Origin: Oopsacas minuta
Lineage: Eukaryota > Animalia > Porifera
Direction of reading: 5' to 3'
Assembly: GCA_024704765.1 (NCBI GenBank)
Contig: JAKMXF010000055.1
Span: 380,353-444,352, forward strand
DNA length: 64,000 nucleotides
Part shown: positions 13,375-25,844 of the stretch, piece after piece
Numbering within the stretch: position 1 is the stretch's first letter
How the letters are laid out: each line of letters opens with the position of its first letter
Notes under the pieces: model-generated
The model's database searches: none
What the model was told of the DNA's origin: nothing
What the model saw: only the letters and a program-made list of their open reading frames with translations
Program-made: the position numbers and the translations under genes

Positions 13375-14710
13375 CAGGGCATTCAATAAATACTAATCAT
13401 ACCATCTAAAACTATAGATACTTGTGTAAAGTTGGTAATTTTTGCTATGAATGTTCAAAGTAGTCTCCTTTTTACGCTACAACTGAATTTAGCCTTTTAA
13501 TCCAATTTTCAAATGTCTTTCTGTACTCATCCTTGGGAATGACTTCAAGGTATCTGTAAATTGCCCGACCGAGGCTGAGCCGATCCTCAAATTCGCGTCC
13601 GGAGAGGTTATCTTTGAGTTTTCTAAACAGCCAGAAGTCACATGGGGCTATATCAGGGGAGTAAGGTGGATGTGGAACTTCGTGCATACCCATATCTTTC
13701 ATTTTTTGCCTTACAGCCAAAGATTTATGCGGTCTAGCATTATCGTGCAAAATTTTGAGACCACGAGTTCCAGTCTTTGGACCACGCTTAAGATAATGTT
13801 TTTCGACCTCAGGCGACACCACATCTGCGTAAAATTGTCCTGTGAGTGTCTGACCTTTGGGAACAGGGATTTGGGCTACAGGACCTAGGCCATCGAAGAA
13901 TATGCAGTACAAGACCTTCGGGGCACGGAAGTCGGATACACAAACAGCTGGGGGTACCTCTCCCTTCTTTAGCCATACCCTGCCATCTTGCTTTCTGATC
14001 TGTGGTTTGAATTGTATCCATGTTTCATCTCCTGTTACTATCTCTAATAACCTCCTAGGGTCACTTCCTTCATAAATTTCAAGGTTTTCCTTAACCATTT
14101 GGAGTCTCGCGGCCTTTTGTGGAAAAGTTAAGCAATGTGGTACCCATCGCACTTGGACCTTCCTCAGTTCTAAATCCGCCTTCAGAATTGTGTGTGCACT
14201 TCCCGTTGAAATGCTAACATAGTTAGCTACCTCCTCAACCGAAGAATGCGGAAAAGACGCGACATATTCCTTTACTTCACTCAATTTGTCATTGTTGGTC
14301 GCCAGTTTTGGTGCTCCAGGACGAGGGGCGTCTTGGACAGAGGTCCTACCTTCCCTAAATAGGCTCACCCACCTTCTGACAAGTTGAATACGATAAAATA
14401 TCTTCTCCACATATCGTTGCCAACTCGTCCTGAATAGACTTTGGAGGGATTTCGAGAATGGTGCGAAATTTGATGCACGTTCGTTGTTCAAGTTCCGAAA
14501 AATTTGGACAAGAAGCCATGAAAAATGTAAAGGAGAAAATGTAGGTTTCTAAAAATAACTGAAACTTAGGAAATAATTAAGTGATCAACTCTCTCTAAGT
14601 TTTCTTAGAAAGTTGAAATATGGTTCTATATAATTGCACTGAGAAATACTAGCTTAGAACTGCTATTTCATTAAAAATATACAGTGATTAGTATATATTG
14701 AATGCCCCTG
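13375..14710 (-). mobile_element. Full-length mariner transposon (DD34D)
   Basis: TIRs CAGGGCATTCAATAAATACTAATCA / TGATTAGTATATATTGAATGCCCCTG. TA TSD at 13373-74 and 14711-12. Confidence 0.97.
13445..14519 (-). pseudogene. Mariner transposase with one +1 frameshift (~14381) and a premature TAA (13472-74)
   Basis: The true start is the ATG at 14519 (MASCPNFSELEQRTCIKFRT). Motifs WVPHCL, TGDETW, HDNARPH-x-YSPDIAPCDF, with 34 residues between the last two Asp. KGDYFEHS* continues in frame after the premature stop. Confidence 0.92.
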
Positions 14711-14780
14711 TATATTGTTCATTGATTTGATCCCCTACCCTTTAAAAACTAAGTGTTATCTATTTATTGTAGGTACATAC

Positions 14781-15869
14781 CAGTGGCGGCCGAGGAAATA
14801 TTATATAGGGGCGAAATTGATTAATAATATCAATCGATACTGGGTGTTTCTATTGACCACTATTTATATTATTAGAGTACAATCTCACTTAGTGGGGTAT
14901 TTATAAATGGTGAACCTGGGGCAAGTTTAGTCACATCTTTGTGCACTTCATAGAAACGAACATCAAAATCGCGGAATGGGGCGGTGATATCATAATATTC
15001 TCCGCTCGACCTCTTCTCCTCAAGAGGTTCAACCGTAGTAACTATGTAAGTGAGTAGACGTAGCTAAGGGGTTGCTACGACTTGCTAGCAACCCTGGTAT
15101 CAATCCTTGATTACTTGGGATGTTAGAGCACTTTGCGTGACTAGAGTTGTAAGCACCGCAGGGCAATTATTAATGTTAGCAACTCCAGGGCATACATACA
15201 ACATTGGGTATACATATTTCAACTACGCAATGAGATTCCAAATGTTGAAGTCCTTCAAAAGTTCCGTATTTTTGTCATCTGTCGTTTTCTATCATTTCTT
15301 GAAGTAATTTGTTGGTTTATCAGTAGAGTCACTTTCAGTTATCAATTATAACTGCTTCAAACTACTGCTTTATCGAAGTTGGTGAATAATTGTAATGATA
15401 TGGTTCCAAACCGTCAATTTCCCATAGTTTCCATAATACCAGCTACATTGAGTCCGTTTATATCGAAGTATTCATCGCTTTGATTCTAAACTTTCTCACA
15501 GAAGTTTAAAAAGCATACGAATCAATTTTACACCACAAAGAATTGTTGATCATTTGTAATTCTTAAATAAAGTCATACTTACAAACAATTCTATAGAAAT
15601 GGTGGTCACACTCACGCCCAGCTATTATTTTAGTGAGATCATCCTGATATAACTTCTTAGTATTAGTCTGTTGACTCTGGCCTCCTCAAAAGCGGGACAA
15701 TTTTATGCAGTCGATTAATCAGACATAGCACTATATAAATGATCGAAATTCGCGACAACTGGCCAAATAAAGACAATTGGCAAGTTTGGGATACCTCCTG
15801 AATAATCACTAGTAGGAAGCCTATTCGGGGGCTATAGCTCCCCTAGCCCCCATTGTTCGGCCGCCATTG
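14781..15869. mobile_element. Non-autonomous TIR element (hAT-like termini)
   Basis: Termini CAGTGGCGGCCGA / TCGGCCGCCATTG. The inverted symmetry extends ~7 bp into the flanks (tacatac / gtatgta), so the TSD is ambiguous. Confidence 0.75.
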
Positions 15870-16244
15870 GTATGTATCTTATACGCATCAAATGTATTGC
15901 AATTAATTAGTAGTACAATAATAATTGAGTACACTAAACTAGTGAATAATTTGGTGGATAGAATTAATACACATAAAGGTGTATATATGATGAGTATTTT
16001 CACTTTTGTCTATAATGAGTATTGTATCTGTGGCCTTGCTGTATTGTAGATTTTAATAGGCACCAAAAGAGTTTCGAGATGGTAGAGATTTCGTTCAGAT
16101 AGCTGTACTTGTAGTTGAAAATAATGGTTATAAGTATAGTAAAGTTGTTGTCTGATGTGAATACAAGAATGGTGAACTGAATCTTTGAAGTTTCCTATTA
16201 TCCCGGTCTATAATGAGTAAATTAAAGTTTCTAACCTTTAATAA

Positions 16245-18405
16245 CACTACTCAACAATTTTTTTTCATTTTTTGTTGCATGAGATTGTTTAACTGATTCT
16301 ATATAATTTTGGGATGCTGATTTCAAATCTGCAATCAGGTTCTTTCTGCATGCTCTAGTTTTCATGCAATCGACAATTTGAATCTTTTTGTCTGTGGCAC
16401 TTATTTAGTGCATAATTCTGATCTCCACCAAATACTTTTTTATCTATCAAGCCATTTTTCTTTTGTATGCATCACTGGATCCATTGTGAACATTTGTTAA
16501 TCATAGCTAAATGATGAGCACGTGGTAAATGAGTATTTTTGCAGGCCTGATTACTCAACAGGTTTTCAAAGTTAAGGCTATTTGTTTGTGCTTTGTCATC
16601 CTAGTATACTATCAATTATATGACCTGTCCCGCACTCTGATAGACTTCACCTTCCGGTCTTTAGTGATTTTGTTTTTCCTGATGATGACGAAACTGAATT
16701 GGAAAGGGAAGAGATCGTAGAAATGGAATATCGAAAAACAGACACAGAATCAGAATCTGAAGATACTTTTTGTGAAACCAGAGTAACTGTCCACCAGCAG
16801 TTTAATCAATCAGAACTGAATGACTTAGTACGCGATTTAGATCTGCCCAAACAAGCAGCTGAGCTCTTAGCCTCCAGGCTCAAAGAAAAACAGGTGCTGG
16901 ATCGAACTGTAAAGGTTTCCTTTTTTCGAAAAAGAGAAGAACTCCTTCTACCCTATTTTTCAGTGGAAAATAAGCTGGTATATTGCAACGATATTGCTGG
17001 TCTTCTCGGACAACTGGGTATCTCCTCATATGATCCAGGAGAATGGCGATTGTTTTTGGACAGTTCCAAGCGCAGCCTCAAGTGTGTTCTTTTACACAAT
17101 GGAAATGTTTATGGAGCTGTTCCAGTTGGTCACTCCACTGTCTTGAAGGAACAGCATGATGTTATTAGAATTGTTATGGATTTCCTCGGATTTCATGATC
17201 ACAACTGGATCATTTGTGTTGACCTCAAAATGGTTAGTTTTCTGCTAGGTCAGCAAAAAGGATACACTAAATTTCCATGCTATCTGTGCATGTGGGACAG
17301 CAGAGCACGTGAAAAACATGGACACAGAAGGAGTGGCCCTTACGTGAAACATTTCAAGCTGGCATGCCTAACGTAACACACGACCCGATCGTAAGCAGAG
17401 ACAAAATTGTTTTTCCACCCCTGCACATCAAGCTAGGTCTCATGAAACAGTTCGTTAAAGCCCTAAATCCTGACAATGAATCCTTTCATCATCTTGTGTA
17501 TACTTTCCCTGCTTTGTCATATGATAAAATCAAAGCAGGAGTGTTTGATGGACCACAGATACGTACACTTATTCGCGACAAAAACTTCATTCAGAAAATG
17601 AATGTCAGGGAGAAAGCTGCATGGCTATCTTTTGTGGATGTTATACAGAACTTTCTTGGTAACAGAAAAGCTCCAAACTATGAAATGCTTGTATCCAAGA
17701 TGCTCTCAGGGTTTCGTGATTTGGGATGCAACATGAGCATAAAAGTACATTTTCTGTACAGCCACCTGGACAAATTCCCTGAAAACCTTGGGGCTATCAG
17801 TGACGAACAGGGAGAGCGTTTCCACCAGGATCTCATGACATTGGAAGAACGTTACCAAGGTCGATGGGATCGACATATGATGGCAGACTATTGTTGGGGC
17901 ATTAAACGTGACTGTGCTTACAAAGCATACAAACGCAGAAGTTATAAGAGGAAATTTTGTCCAGATTTGTAGAATATTTGAATCTTTGCATCTTGTCATT
18001 GATCGCTTTAAGTTACTATTGTAGATTGCCATCGTTCTTTTCTACGTTATTTTGCAAAAAAAAATCAATTTTTACATGCATATTACCAGCAAAACTGTTG
18101 TTTTTGACGTTTTTTTAAACATTTGTTCCCTATCTGCCTACAAATACAATTCTATTGGCAACATAAAAGATTTTTGGCACCTATTTTTGTTTTGAGGCTA
18201 GTTATTCAACTGTTTGCAGAATATCATTTGACAAATCATGTCACTTTTTCAAAAATTTTGAATTTTGTACAAAAAAGTTAAAGATCTCTATTTGCAAAAA
18301 ATCTAGAGCTTGCAGAAAAAATAATTTCGGATGCGAATCCAGCGCCTCAAAATTAGGCAAAAACAAGTGTTGGTAGAAATGCAACAAAATTTTTGTTGAG
18401 CAGTG
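16245..18405 (+). mobile_element. Chapaev3-like (CMC superfamily) transposon, internally deleted
   Basis: Termini CACTACTCAACAA / TTGTTGAGCAGTG with a 3-bp TAA TSD on both sides (16242-44, 18406-08). This fits the CAC...GTG ends and TWA TSD described for Chapaev3. Confidence 0.88.
16699..17972 (+). pseudogene. Chapaev3-like transposase; N-terminal Cys-rich domain missing; one 1-bp deletion (~17316)
   Basis: FNQSELNDLVRDLDL, WRLFLDSSKRSLKCVLLHNGN, CVDLKMV, PLHIKLGLMKQFVKAL, GCNMSIKVHFLYSHLD..PENLGAISDEQGERFHQD. Confidence 0.88.
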
Positions 18406-19804
18406 TAATTCATTGTCCAATAGTGTTTCTGTTTCTTGGACACTCTACATTCGATTGTATGTTATCGAACATGCTGATTCCGATTATGACTCTCATTTTA
18501 GTCCAGAAATCACTATTTTATAAAAATAAGTTTAAAGATTGAAAATTGGTAATTCTCCCAAGGTTTTCCTGCAGAAATAGTTAGTAGTAATTGAATGCAT
18601 TGAAGATTTGCACTCCATTGTGCATTTGGATCCAACTAAACAGAAAACAGCTCTATACCGACAAAATTGATCAAGATACTAATGAAATCATGAATGAAAC
18701 TTTCAATATTGAGAAAATCTCGTGTGTATGCAAATTTTACCATACACCGTGTTATTTCTATAATGAATTTAATCGACATACACTAAAGTCCAGTAATCCA
18801 TATACTTTTGTGATAACAAACGCGTATTCCTTGGAAATCTTCTGGGCATTTCAGGAAATTTACATGTTTGTGAGCTGGATTATATAATCGTGATGTGTTG
18901 GATAAAATACGTAGAAGATCCTGAATCATTTTATTGGATTGCACTGGATGTAATATGTAGTTCAAAGGTATCAGAAATTTTTTTAAATTTGTTGTACAGT
19001 ATAATATGTAATTGTCTACGGTAATATATAGTTATTACAAATCCATTAAATAATGTAAGCAACATCAAAATCTGATAGGGTTACGAAATGTGTCACATGG
19101 CTGTATAACTCGAGGTTGGAGTACTTCGCCCCTGTTGACAAAGGTTAATTAGACTCACATTTAATGTATAGTTTTCATTACATATCGCTTCTAGATATAC
19201 ATCCCAACTATTAATATCAGCGATTATTTATATTCTTATCGAATATCTATAAGCCACCAAGGAAGATCCTGTCGGAAAATAACGAACAATATTAGAAAAA
19301 CTTTTACTAAACGCGAAATCATCCTGTAAAACACATGATTTGGAGTCAATTGGATCTTTAATGGCGCCCAAAGGTGTTCCTCCTTTATTAGATACATCAC
19401 ATCTAATCTGAACTTCATCCATTTGAATCTGCACTTTCATCCATTAATACAATTTGAAGTTATTTCTTTTAGAATCTTAATGTAATCACACACAATACCC
19501 AAAGTTTTGTTAATACTCATCATTTTCTCTTTTGTGGAAGATTGAATAATTGGATGATTAAATATGTGGGTAACAGGCAACTCATTTCGCATATATCTTT
19601 AATGAAATATTGAATTACAACCTGTACCGACGGCTTAGTCAAATAGATTCCATTTGTTTAAAAATTGGCACTATTAATTGAAGGCACTATGAAAGATTAG
19701 GTTTAATCTCAATGCATATAGTGCCTCCAATTAATATTGCCAACATTAGAGCAAACTGAATTTAATAGACTAAACTGTCGGTACTAGTTGTAATTTTATA
19801 TATA

Positions 19805-21158
19805 CAGTGCCGGTCAAAAAGAATTGCTCAAAATGAATGTATACAGTATAGTAAATGTCAAATTGTATACACTGACCAGATAGTTGAATTCTTGCGAAAC
19901 CATACTCAGCCATATGTATTTTGACAAATAACACACCACACAGCTAATTCACTCATTATATTTGCACAACTTGCAGTTTTTATTTTGTATTCCTTTTTTT
20001 TCCAATTTATCTGTTTTTATCGAATTTTCAATGCCTTCTAAATCCCGAATTTCCATTGAAAATCGAGCCAACCTGATACTACTTTCAGAAAGTGGCCATA
20101 CTCAGAGGGAGGTAGCTAAAATGGTTGGGTGTAGCCAAAAAAGTGTAGCCGAGATCCTTAAGAAACACAGGCTGACTGGCACGGTAAGAGACCTCGCTAT
20201 TCCGGGTAGGCCCCGTGTCACAACCAAAAGGCAAGACAATTTATTGGTCAGAAAATGCAAAAAGGATCGATTTAAGACTGCTATTCAGATCAAAGCTGAA
20301 GTGTTATCAGAATATTCGATAAAACTTTCCACTTCAACAGTTTAGAGAAGGTTACGAGGGGCTGGACTGTTCGGACAAAAACCGCGAAGGAAGCCCCGCC
20401 TTATTACCAAGCACAAAAGAGACCGACTTTCCTTCGCAAGATCGCACAAGAATTGGAATACTGAAGAATGGGCAAGAGTTGTGTTCAGTGACGAATCTAG
20501 GTTCCTTCTGTGTACTAATGACGGGAGAGCCTACGTCAGGAGGATGAAAGGGGAGGAGTTCTCAGAGAGGTGTCTTCAAAAAACTTGCAAGTTTGGTGGA
20601 GGTGGCATCATGGTTTGGGGATGCTTTTGCTGGAGTGGCGTAGGACTCTTGTGGAAAGTATCTGGGAACCTCAAGGCAAATTCCTACATTGATATATTGG
20701 AAAATGCACTAATCCCAAGCGTTGATTTGCATTCTCTACATTCTGACTGGACCTTTCAGCAAGACAACGCCCATGCCATAAGTCAAAGGGTACTAAGCAA
20801 TGGTTTGGTGAGCAAAAAATAGAGGTTATGAATTGGCCTGCTCAGTCACCTGATCTAAATCCGATTGAGAATCTCTGGGATCACATTTCCCTCAGAATTC
20901 AAGAGAAAAGCCCATCCAACCACTCAGAGTTGTGGAATGCTATATTAAGCACTTGGGATAGCATCGACATTAACAGGCTCCATACTCTAATTGAGAGTAT
21001 GCCGCAAAGATGTAAAGCTGTAATTCAAGCAAGAGGAGGTACTACTAAATACTAACAACAATTTACTTAATTATAATAAAGCATTATTGTTAAAATCAGT
21101 CATAGATATAAGAATTTGGGGTGAATTTATTCTGAGCAATTCTTTTTGACCGGCACTG
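19805..21158 (+). mobile_element. Full-length Tc1-family transposon (DD34E)
   Basis: Perfect 26-bp TIR CAGTGCCGGTCAAAAAGAATTGCTCA. TA TSD at 19803-04 and 21159-60. Confidence 0.97.
20031..21055 (+). pseudogene. Tc1 transposase with a TAG at 20343-45 and a 1-bp deletion (~20772)
   Basis: ATG at 20031. GRPRVTT, VFSDESRF, IMVWGCF, FQQDNA(P)CH...NWPAQSPDLNPIE. The restored frame gives D-34-E. Confidence 0.93.
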
Positions 21159-22599
21159 TATTCCCAATGAGAACATATAAGAATTGTGGAAAGCTACAAA
21201 ATTTTTAAAACAGCCATAATTTATTCAATCTTTCAAAATACAAATTTGCTTTAGCGATTCGGCATTTCCAGTTTTCCAGTATATAAAATTTTGCTCTGTA
21301 ATGGCCAATTCCACTATGGTGAGGTCATACAATTGTTACCATATGCTCGAATATGATGTGTAGAGTATCTACCCTTAAGAAAGTTTTGGGTGTCTCCTAT
21401 AGTTATAGAGATGAGTATTTTAATTTTCAATCTGAAGGAAACAGGAATTTTGTTATCTTGATCAAATATTTACTGGATTTAGTATTTACTGTTAACAGCT
21501 TACAAAATTAACAAGAATTGGGGATTTTTAATTGAGATTTTGAGGAAGTAAAGCTTGTTCTCAACAGCTTTTACTATGCTATGTACTTAATGTATAATGA
21601 ATGGATATAAAATAAAGTGAATGACTTTCCAATGGCATTTTGACAGTTGCCCATTTTACATTTTATTCGCAGACGTTATGGTTTTGGCCGTTCAGGGCCG
21701 TTATGACTAGAATTTAATATAATATTTGAAGAAATAGGTATAGATTATTAGAATATTTGTATATGACTAAGACAGGATTAATGTAGTGTTCAATTGCGAA
21801 ATCAGTTGCATGTGTGCGAAATTAATTATGCATGTTATGGTTGTAATCATCCAGTATGTATATTTCGGTTATGTAAGTGCAAGAATTGAAAAGACAAAAG
21901 CGCATGTACATATGATTAACAAAACGATTGATATTGTAATGCTGGAATAGTTAATTTTGGTGAAAACAAATTTAGTCGTCCTAGAATAAGAAAGAAACAA
22001 TAAATAACATTATAGAGCCAAAGTCCGATATATTTTGCGATTTTCCTAGAAGAATGACTGATAAATTATAGACTGACCTCGTTAAAACTCAACATGAAAC
22101 AATTTCAAGTTTGGAAGAAAGAAAATGGAAGATGACAAAGTTAACAAAGCAGGATTTCAATAAATATATCTGGTATAAACGTGTATTAGAACAAATTGCT
22201 AAAGTGAATGAGAAATTTGATCAGATATAAAATGACAATTGGAAATTATCCAAAAAGATGGAACATGTTGAAAAGAATGTCAAGGCTTTGAAAGAGGAAG
22301 ATAATCTTTTCTCCAATATCAAAGTGAAGATATTGATATATCTATGAGGAGTAGTGAAGAAGAAGAAACTACATCGAAATAAGGAAAATTGACGAGAGTT
22401 TATAATATCTTTATTATCTGTTTCTCCTGGTAGCTTAGTAATTTAAATAACAGTATGATCAGTCTTACTAAATTCGTTTTGTTTGACTACATTGTAGAGC
22501 AGTTCTTATTGCCTTTTATCTATTGCGATGCATATGTATAATTCCATTTTCAAGTGCACATGTATACATCACCTTGTGATTTCTGGCAATTTCTTGTGT

Positions 22600-22837
22600 T
22601 GAAATAAATCTCAGAGGACGCTTTTCATACCCGACAAGAGCTAGGATACGGGATTGACCACTACCTCAATTCAGTGGACAGAGACGAGTATACAAAAGTA
22701 TTTTGGAAGTGAGTTGAAGACTACACCTGTGGATAGATATAGAGGGGGAGTAAGTTGAATTTATGTAGAAATTTGATTTATAAATTGTTTTGTGTCAAGA
22801 TAATAAACAAAGATTGGAACCTTTTGAATGCCCTAAG
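22600..22837 (+). mobile_element. 3' fragment of the same mariner family as 1-1178
   Basis: 22605-22700 (tttcatacccgacaagag...accactacctcaattcagtg.acagagacgagtata) is near-identical to the reverse complement of positions 5-95. Ends in TTTTGAATGCCCTAAG+TA. Confidence 0.85.
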
Positions 22838-22864
22838 TAATATGAGTGCTCAAGATGATCTTAC

Positions 22865-23015
22865 ATAGATGATAAAACAATTGGGCTATCTCAGCAAAGA
22901 ATTGATGCCTCATTAGGACGAATGTAAAATTGCTGATCTAACATCTGATCTTCTATCAGAAGGATATAAGTACATCCCTACGGGAAGAATACAGACCGAT
23001 CCACTAGAACGGCCA
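22865..23015 (+). pseudogene. P-element/THAP9-like transposase C-terminal fragment
   Basis: LSKE...IADLTSDLLSEGYKYIPTGRIQTDPLER resembles the P-family Y-x-x-x-G-x-x-QTD-x-LE motif. Confidence 0.6.
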
Positions 23016-23068
23016 CACTCATCCGTCAATATTTTTCACAATACAAACATCGACGGATTAGTGTAGCC

Positions 23069-25433
23069 GAGTGGTTCTCAACCATTTCTGGCCTCGCCCA
23101 TGAAGTTTAATCTCCCTTTTTGGTCCCCCCCTCTCCCCAAATAATTTGAAATCAGATTTTTTAATTCAAATTAACATTAATTAATGCGAACCTTGTAATT
23201 GCTTATTAGATGCTAATATTTCAATATCTGGACTATAACTTGATGTTGATATCCTTAAATCTTCTCTGAAGTCAAGTTGCCTGCGGTGTTGTGAGCTAAG
23301 AAAATTTGCTGAAGAAAACGTCTTCTCCCAAAATATGTAGTTGGAAATGGAAGCAAAAGCAATCTTTCAGCTGTTTTGAAAAGATTTGGTGCTATCCCCT
23401 TCACTAAAAACCAGAATTTCGTTTTGTTAGCACAAGAATATTTAGCTTTTGCCCCCCTCATTTGTCTGTAAATCTAACAACTCGTCTACTAGGATGTCGT
23501 CTAAGTCCTACATATCTTCCAGTGACATATCCATCGGGGTTAGCAGGTATTTAAGGATTGATGGAACGTCCGAAAAGCGATTGGAAAATCAGTAACTAGA
23601 TTCATCAAATTTTCTTCGACAAGGGAAGTAAATTTAAATTCAAGATGTGGTGAGAGAGGAGGAATAGCTTCTACACGTGGGAACATGTTCCATTGGTTGC
23701 TCAGTATACGTAAACGAAAGAATTTCAATTTATTTTGAAATGTAGTCACATTTTCTATAGCCGCTTGGAGAAAAATGCCATCTCCTTGCAACCTAAGATT
23801 ACTCAGGTTATAGTAAGAGAAGATTTCAGTATGATAAGCTGATTTCAGTTTGAGATAGATCGATGAAAACTCTTCTGTCTCGAAGAAATGTTTCTGATCT
23901 AGAAATTCACATAACTGATCATAAATAGAATATACTTGTTGAAGAGCTTTTCCTCTACTAAGCCAGCGAACTTCTGTGTGGAAAAGGAGGACGTCATGTT
24001 CTGCTTCCGAATCTTCACATAGTTTTTAGCATACGTTCGTTCAAAGGACTTGATTTGACAAAGTTCACAACTTTGATGACAAGGTTAAGTGTTTCATGAA
24101 GTTCAGGCTGGAGATTTTTAGCAGCTAACGCCTGTTTATGAAGCATACAATGGTTAAAGCTGCACTGCGGTACATCCCTTTTAAAACATCCCAAGAATCC
24201 AGTATCTCTACCAGTCATATTTCGAGCTCCATCTGTACTAACACTAATAACTTGGCTTAAACCAATATGATGTGAGTCAAAATAGGATCTAACCATCTTA
24301 AAGATATCTTGTCCAGTGCAACGACATTCAAAATAATCGACGAAAAGCAATTCTTCCTTTATGCGGTCGTTATCGATGAAACGCATACAGACAATAAGAG
24401 TAGATTCTGCTCCAAATGTTCACTCATCTAATTGAATGCTGATAGGAATATCCTTTATAAGCCGAACCAATTTATCTTCTAAATTCTGTGAAATTTCACT
24501 AATCCTCCTTTTTTCTGTATCATTAGATAACGGGATTTTGTCTAGTTTCTCAGCTGCCGCACTTCCCAGAACATGCTTGGCACAAGCCAACAGTGAAGGT
24601 TTGATTAGAGTTTCTGCATCTGTGTGAGGTTTATTAAGCTTTGCGATTAGAAAAGATACTTCATAGGATGCCAAAGTGAAGAGAGAAAAAGATTTTTGTT
24701 GATTCAAATAGACTTTCTTTTTCTGCGAAAAGTACTCTATTGGCTGCCCCTCCTCTGTGGGATGTTTGGGAAATTTGATGCGCTCTTAAATGATGGGGCC
24801 TCATAGAATCATTCGCCAAGCATACATGGCAGGTCAAGCAAAGAGGTTTTAATTCGTCTGGATTAGAAATGAATCCAAACTGCAGATAAGAGGGATCTTA
24901 ATGTCGAATTCTGCGTTTTGCATTTGGTTCGGACATAATCTTCTGATTGTATAATAAAGTCTTGCAATTATAGGATTGAAAATGAACTAATTTAGATACA
25001 GTTCTATGTCATATTTATGTCGATTGTAAAATGAAAATTGTATCGATCAATAGGATGCCATATTATTCATATTATTGGAATCACACATCGATAACGTATT
25101 CACAATCGAATACATAGTATTTATTGTCATACAAAAGCAATTTATATTTGTCAGATGTATGCCATCTTTTCAAACCCTTACAAAGTATTAACAATAATTA
25201 TATATGAGTATTAACTTTATCGACGTAATATGCAAATGGGTTTTTAAAAGAGCGAGAAATTGAATACAAAGATATAAAATAAGTAGCGGTAGCGAGGAGC
25301 CTCCTCTGACTAGATTATTTACGCACACCTCAAGTATAGATTGTTCTCTCCGGATATGCATCCCCCTCTATCCCCCTTCTTCTGTATTGCCATCCCCCCC
25401 AAGGGGGGATATCCCCCTGGTTGAGAACCACTG
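23069..25433 (-). mobile_element. hAT Buster/Charlie-type transposon (ZBED5/FAM200-like transposase), decayed
   Basis: Termini GAGTGGTTCTCAACCA / TGGTTGAGAACCACTG. The 8-bp flanks gtgtagcc and agctagat both have a central TA but differ. Confidence 0.9.
23255..24936 (-). pseudogene. Buster-type hAT transposase with multiple frameshifts
   Basis: YLQFGF..PLCLTCHVCLANDSMRP, ASYEVSFLIAKLNKPHTDAETLIKP, IPLSNDT..RRI, SIQLDE, VSTDGARNMTG, HCMLHKQALA, HTEVRWLSRG, LLPFPTTY. Confidence 0.9.
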
Positions 25434-25844
25434 AGCTAGATAGACAGCAAAGAAGAGATGCCTTCTATTATATATATATCTTACATTCCAGAACATGTTG
25501 CTCATAACATAATTATTACTTAAAAGAATAATTCGAATTTGATATTTTGTTTACGATTAACTCTAGTTTCGGATAAAATAATGCGTAGTTAAGGTAAAAC
25601 TTTCCATTGTTCTTCAAAACAAGTACAACATATTCACGCCGCTATAAAGCAAACATTTGCTCTCTTAATTCAACTTAATTATATTTGGACAATTCAATGT
25701 ATTTCAAATATTTTTTGTATACTACTGTGGATATCAGCTACACAAATTCAGTAACTTGTGAAAAAATTGGTACGTGCCAATTTGATTTGTTAACAAAAGT
25801 ATCGGAGCGGCGCTCCCACACGCTCCCACAGCAGGGCCCCCACT

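Noticed and set aside
19230-19440. IYKPP motif as a LINE endonuclease remnant
   Set aside because: A single short motif with no other APE or RT motifs nearby.
21950-22400. Purine-rich, coiled-coil-like degenerate coding stretch
   Set aside because: Stops in all frames and no recognisable family.
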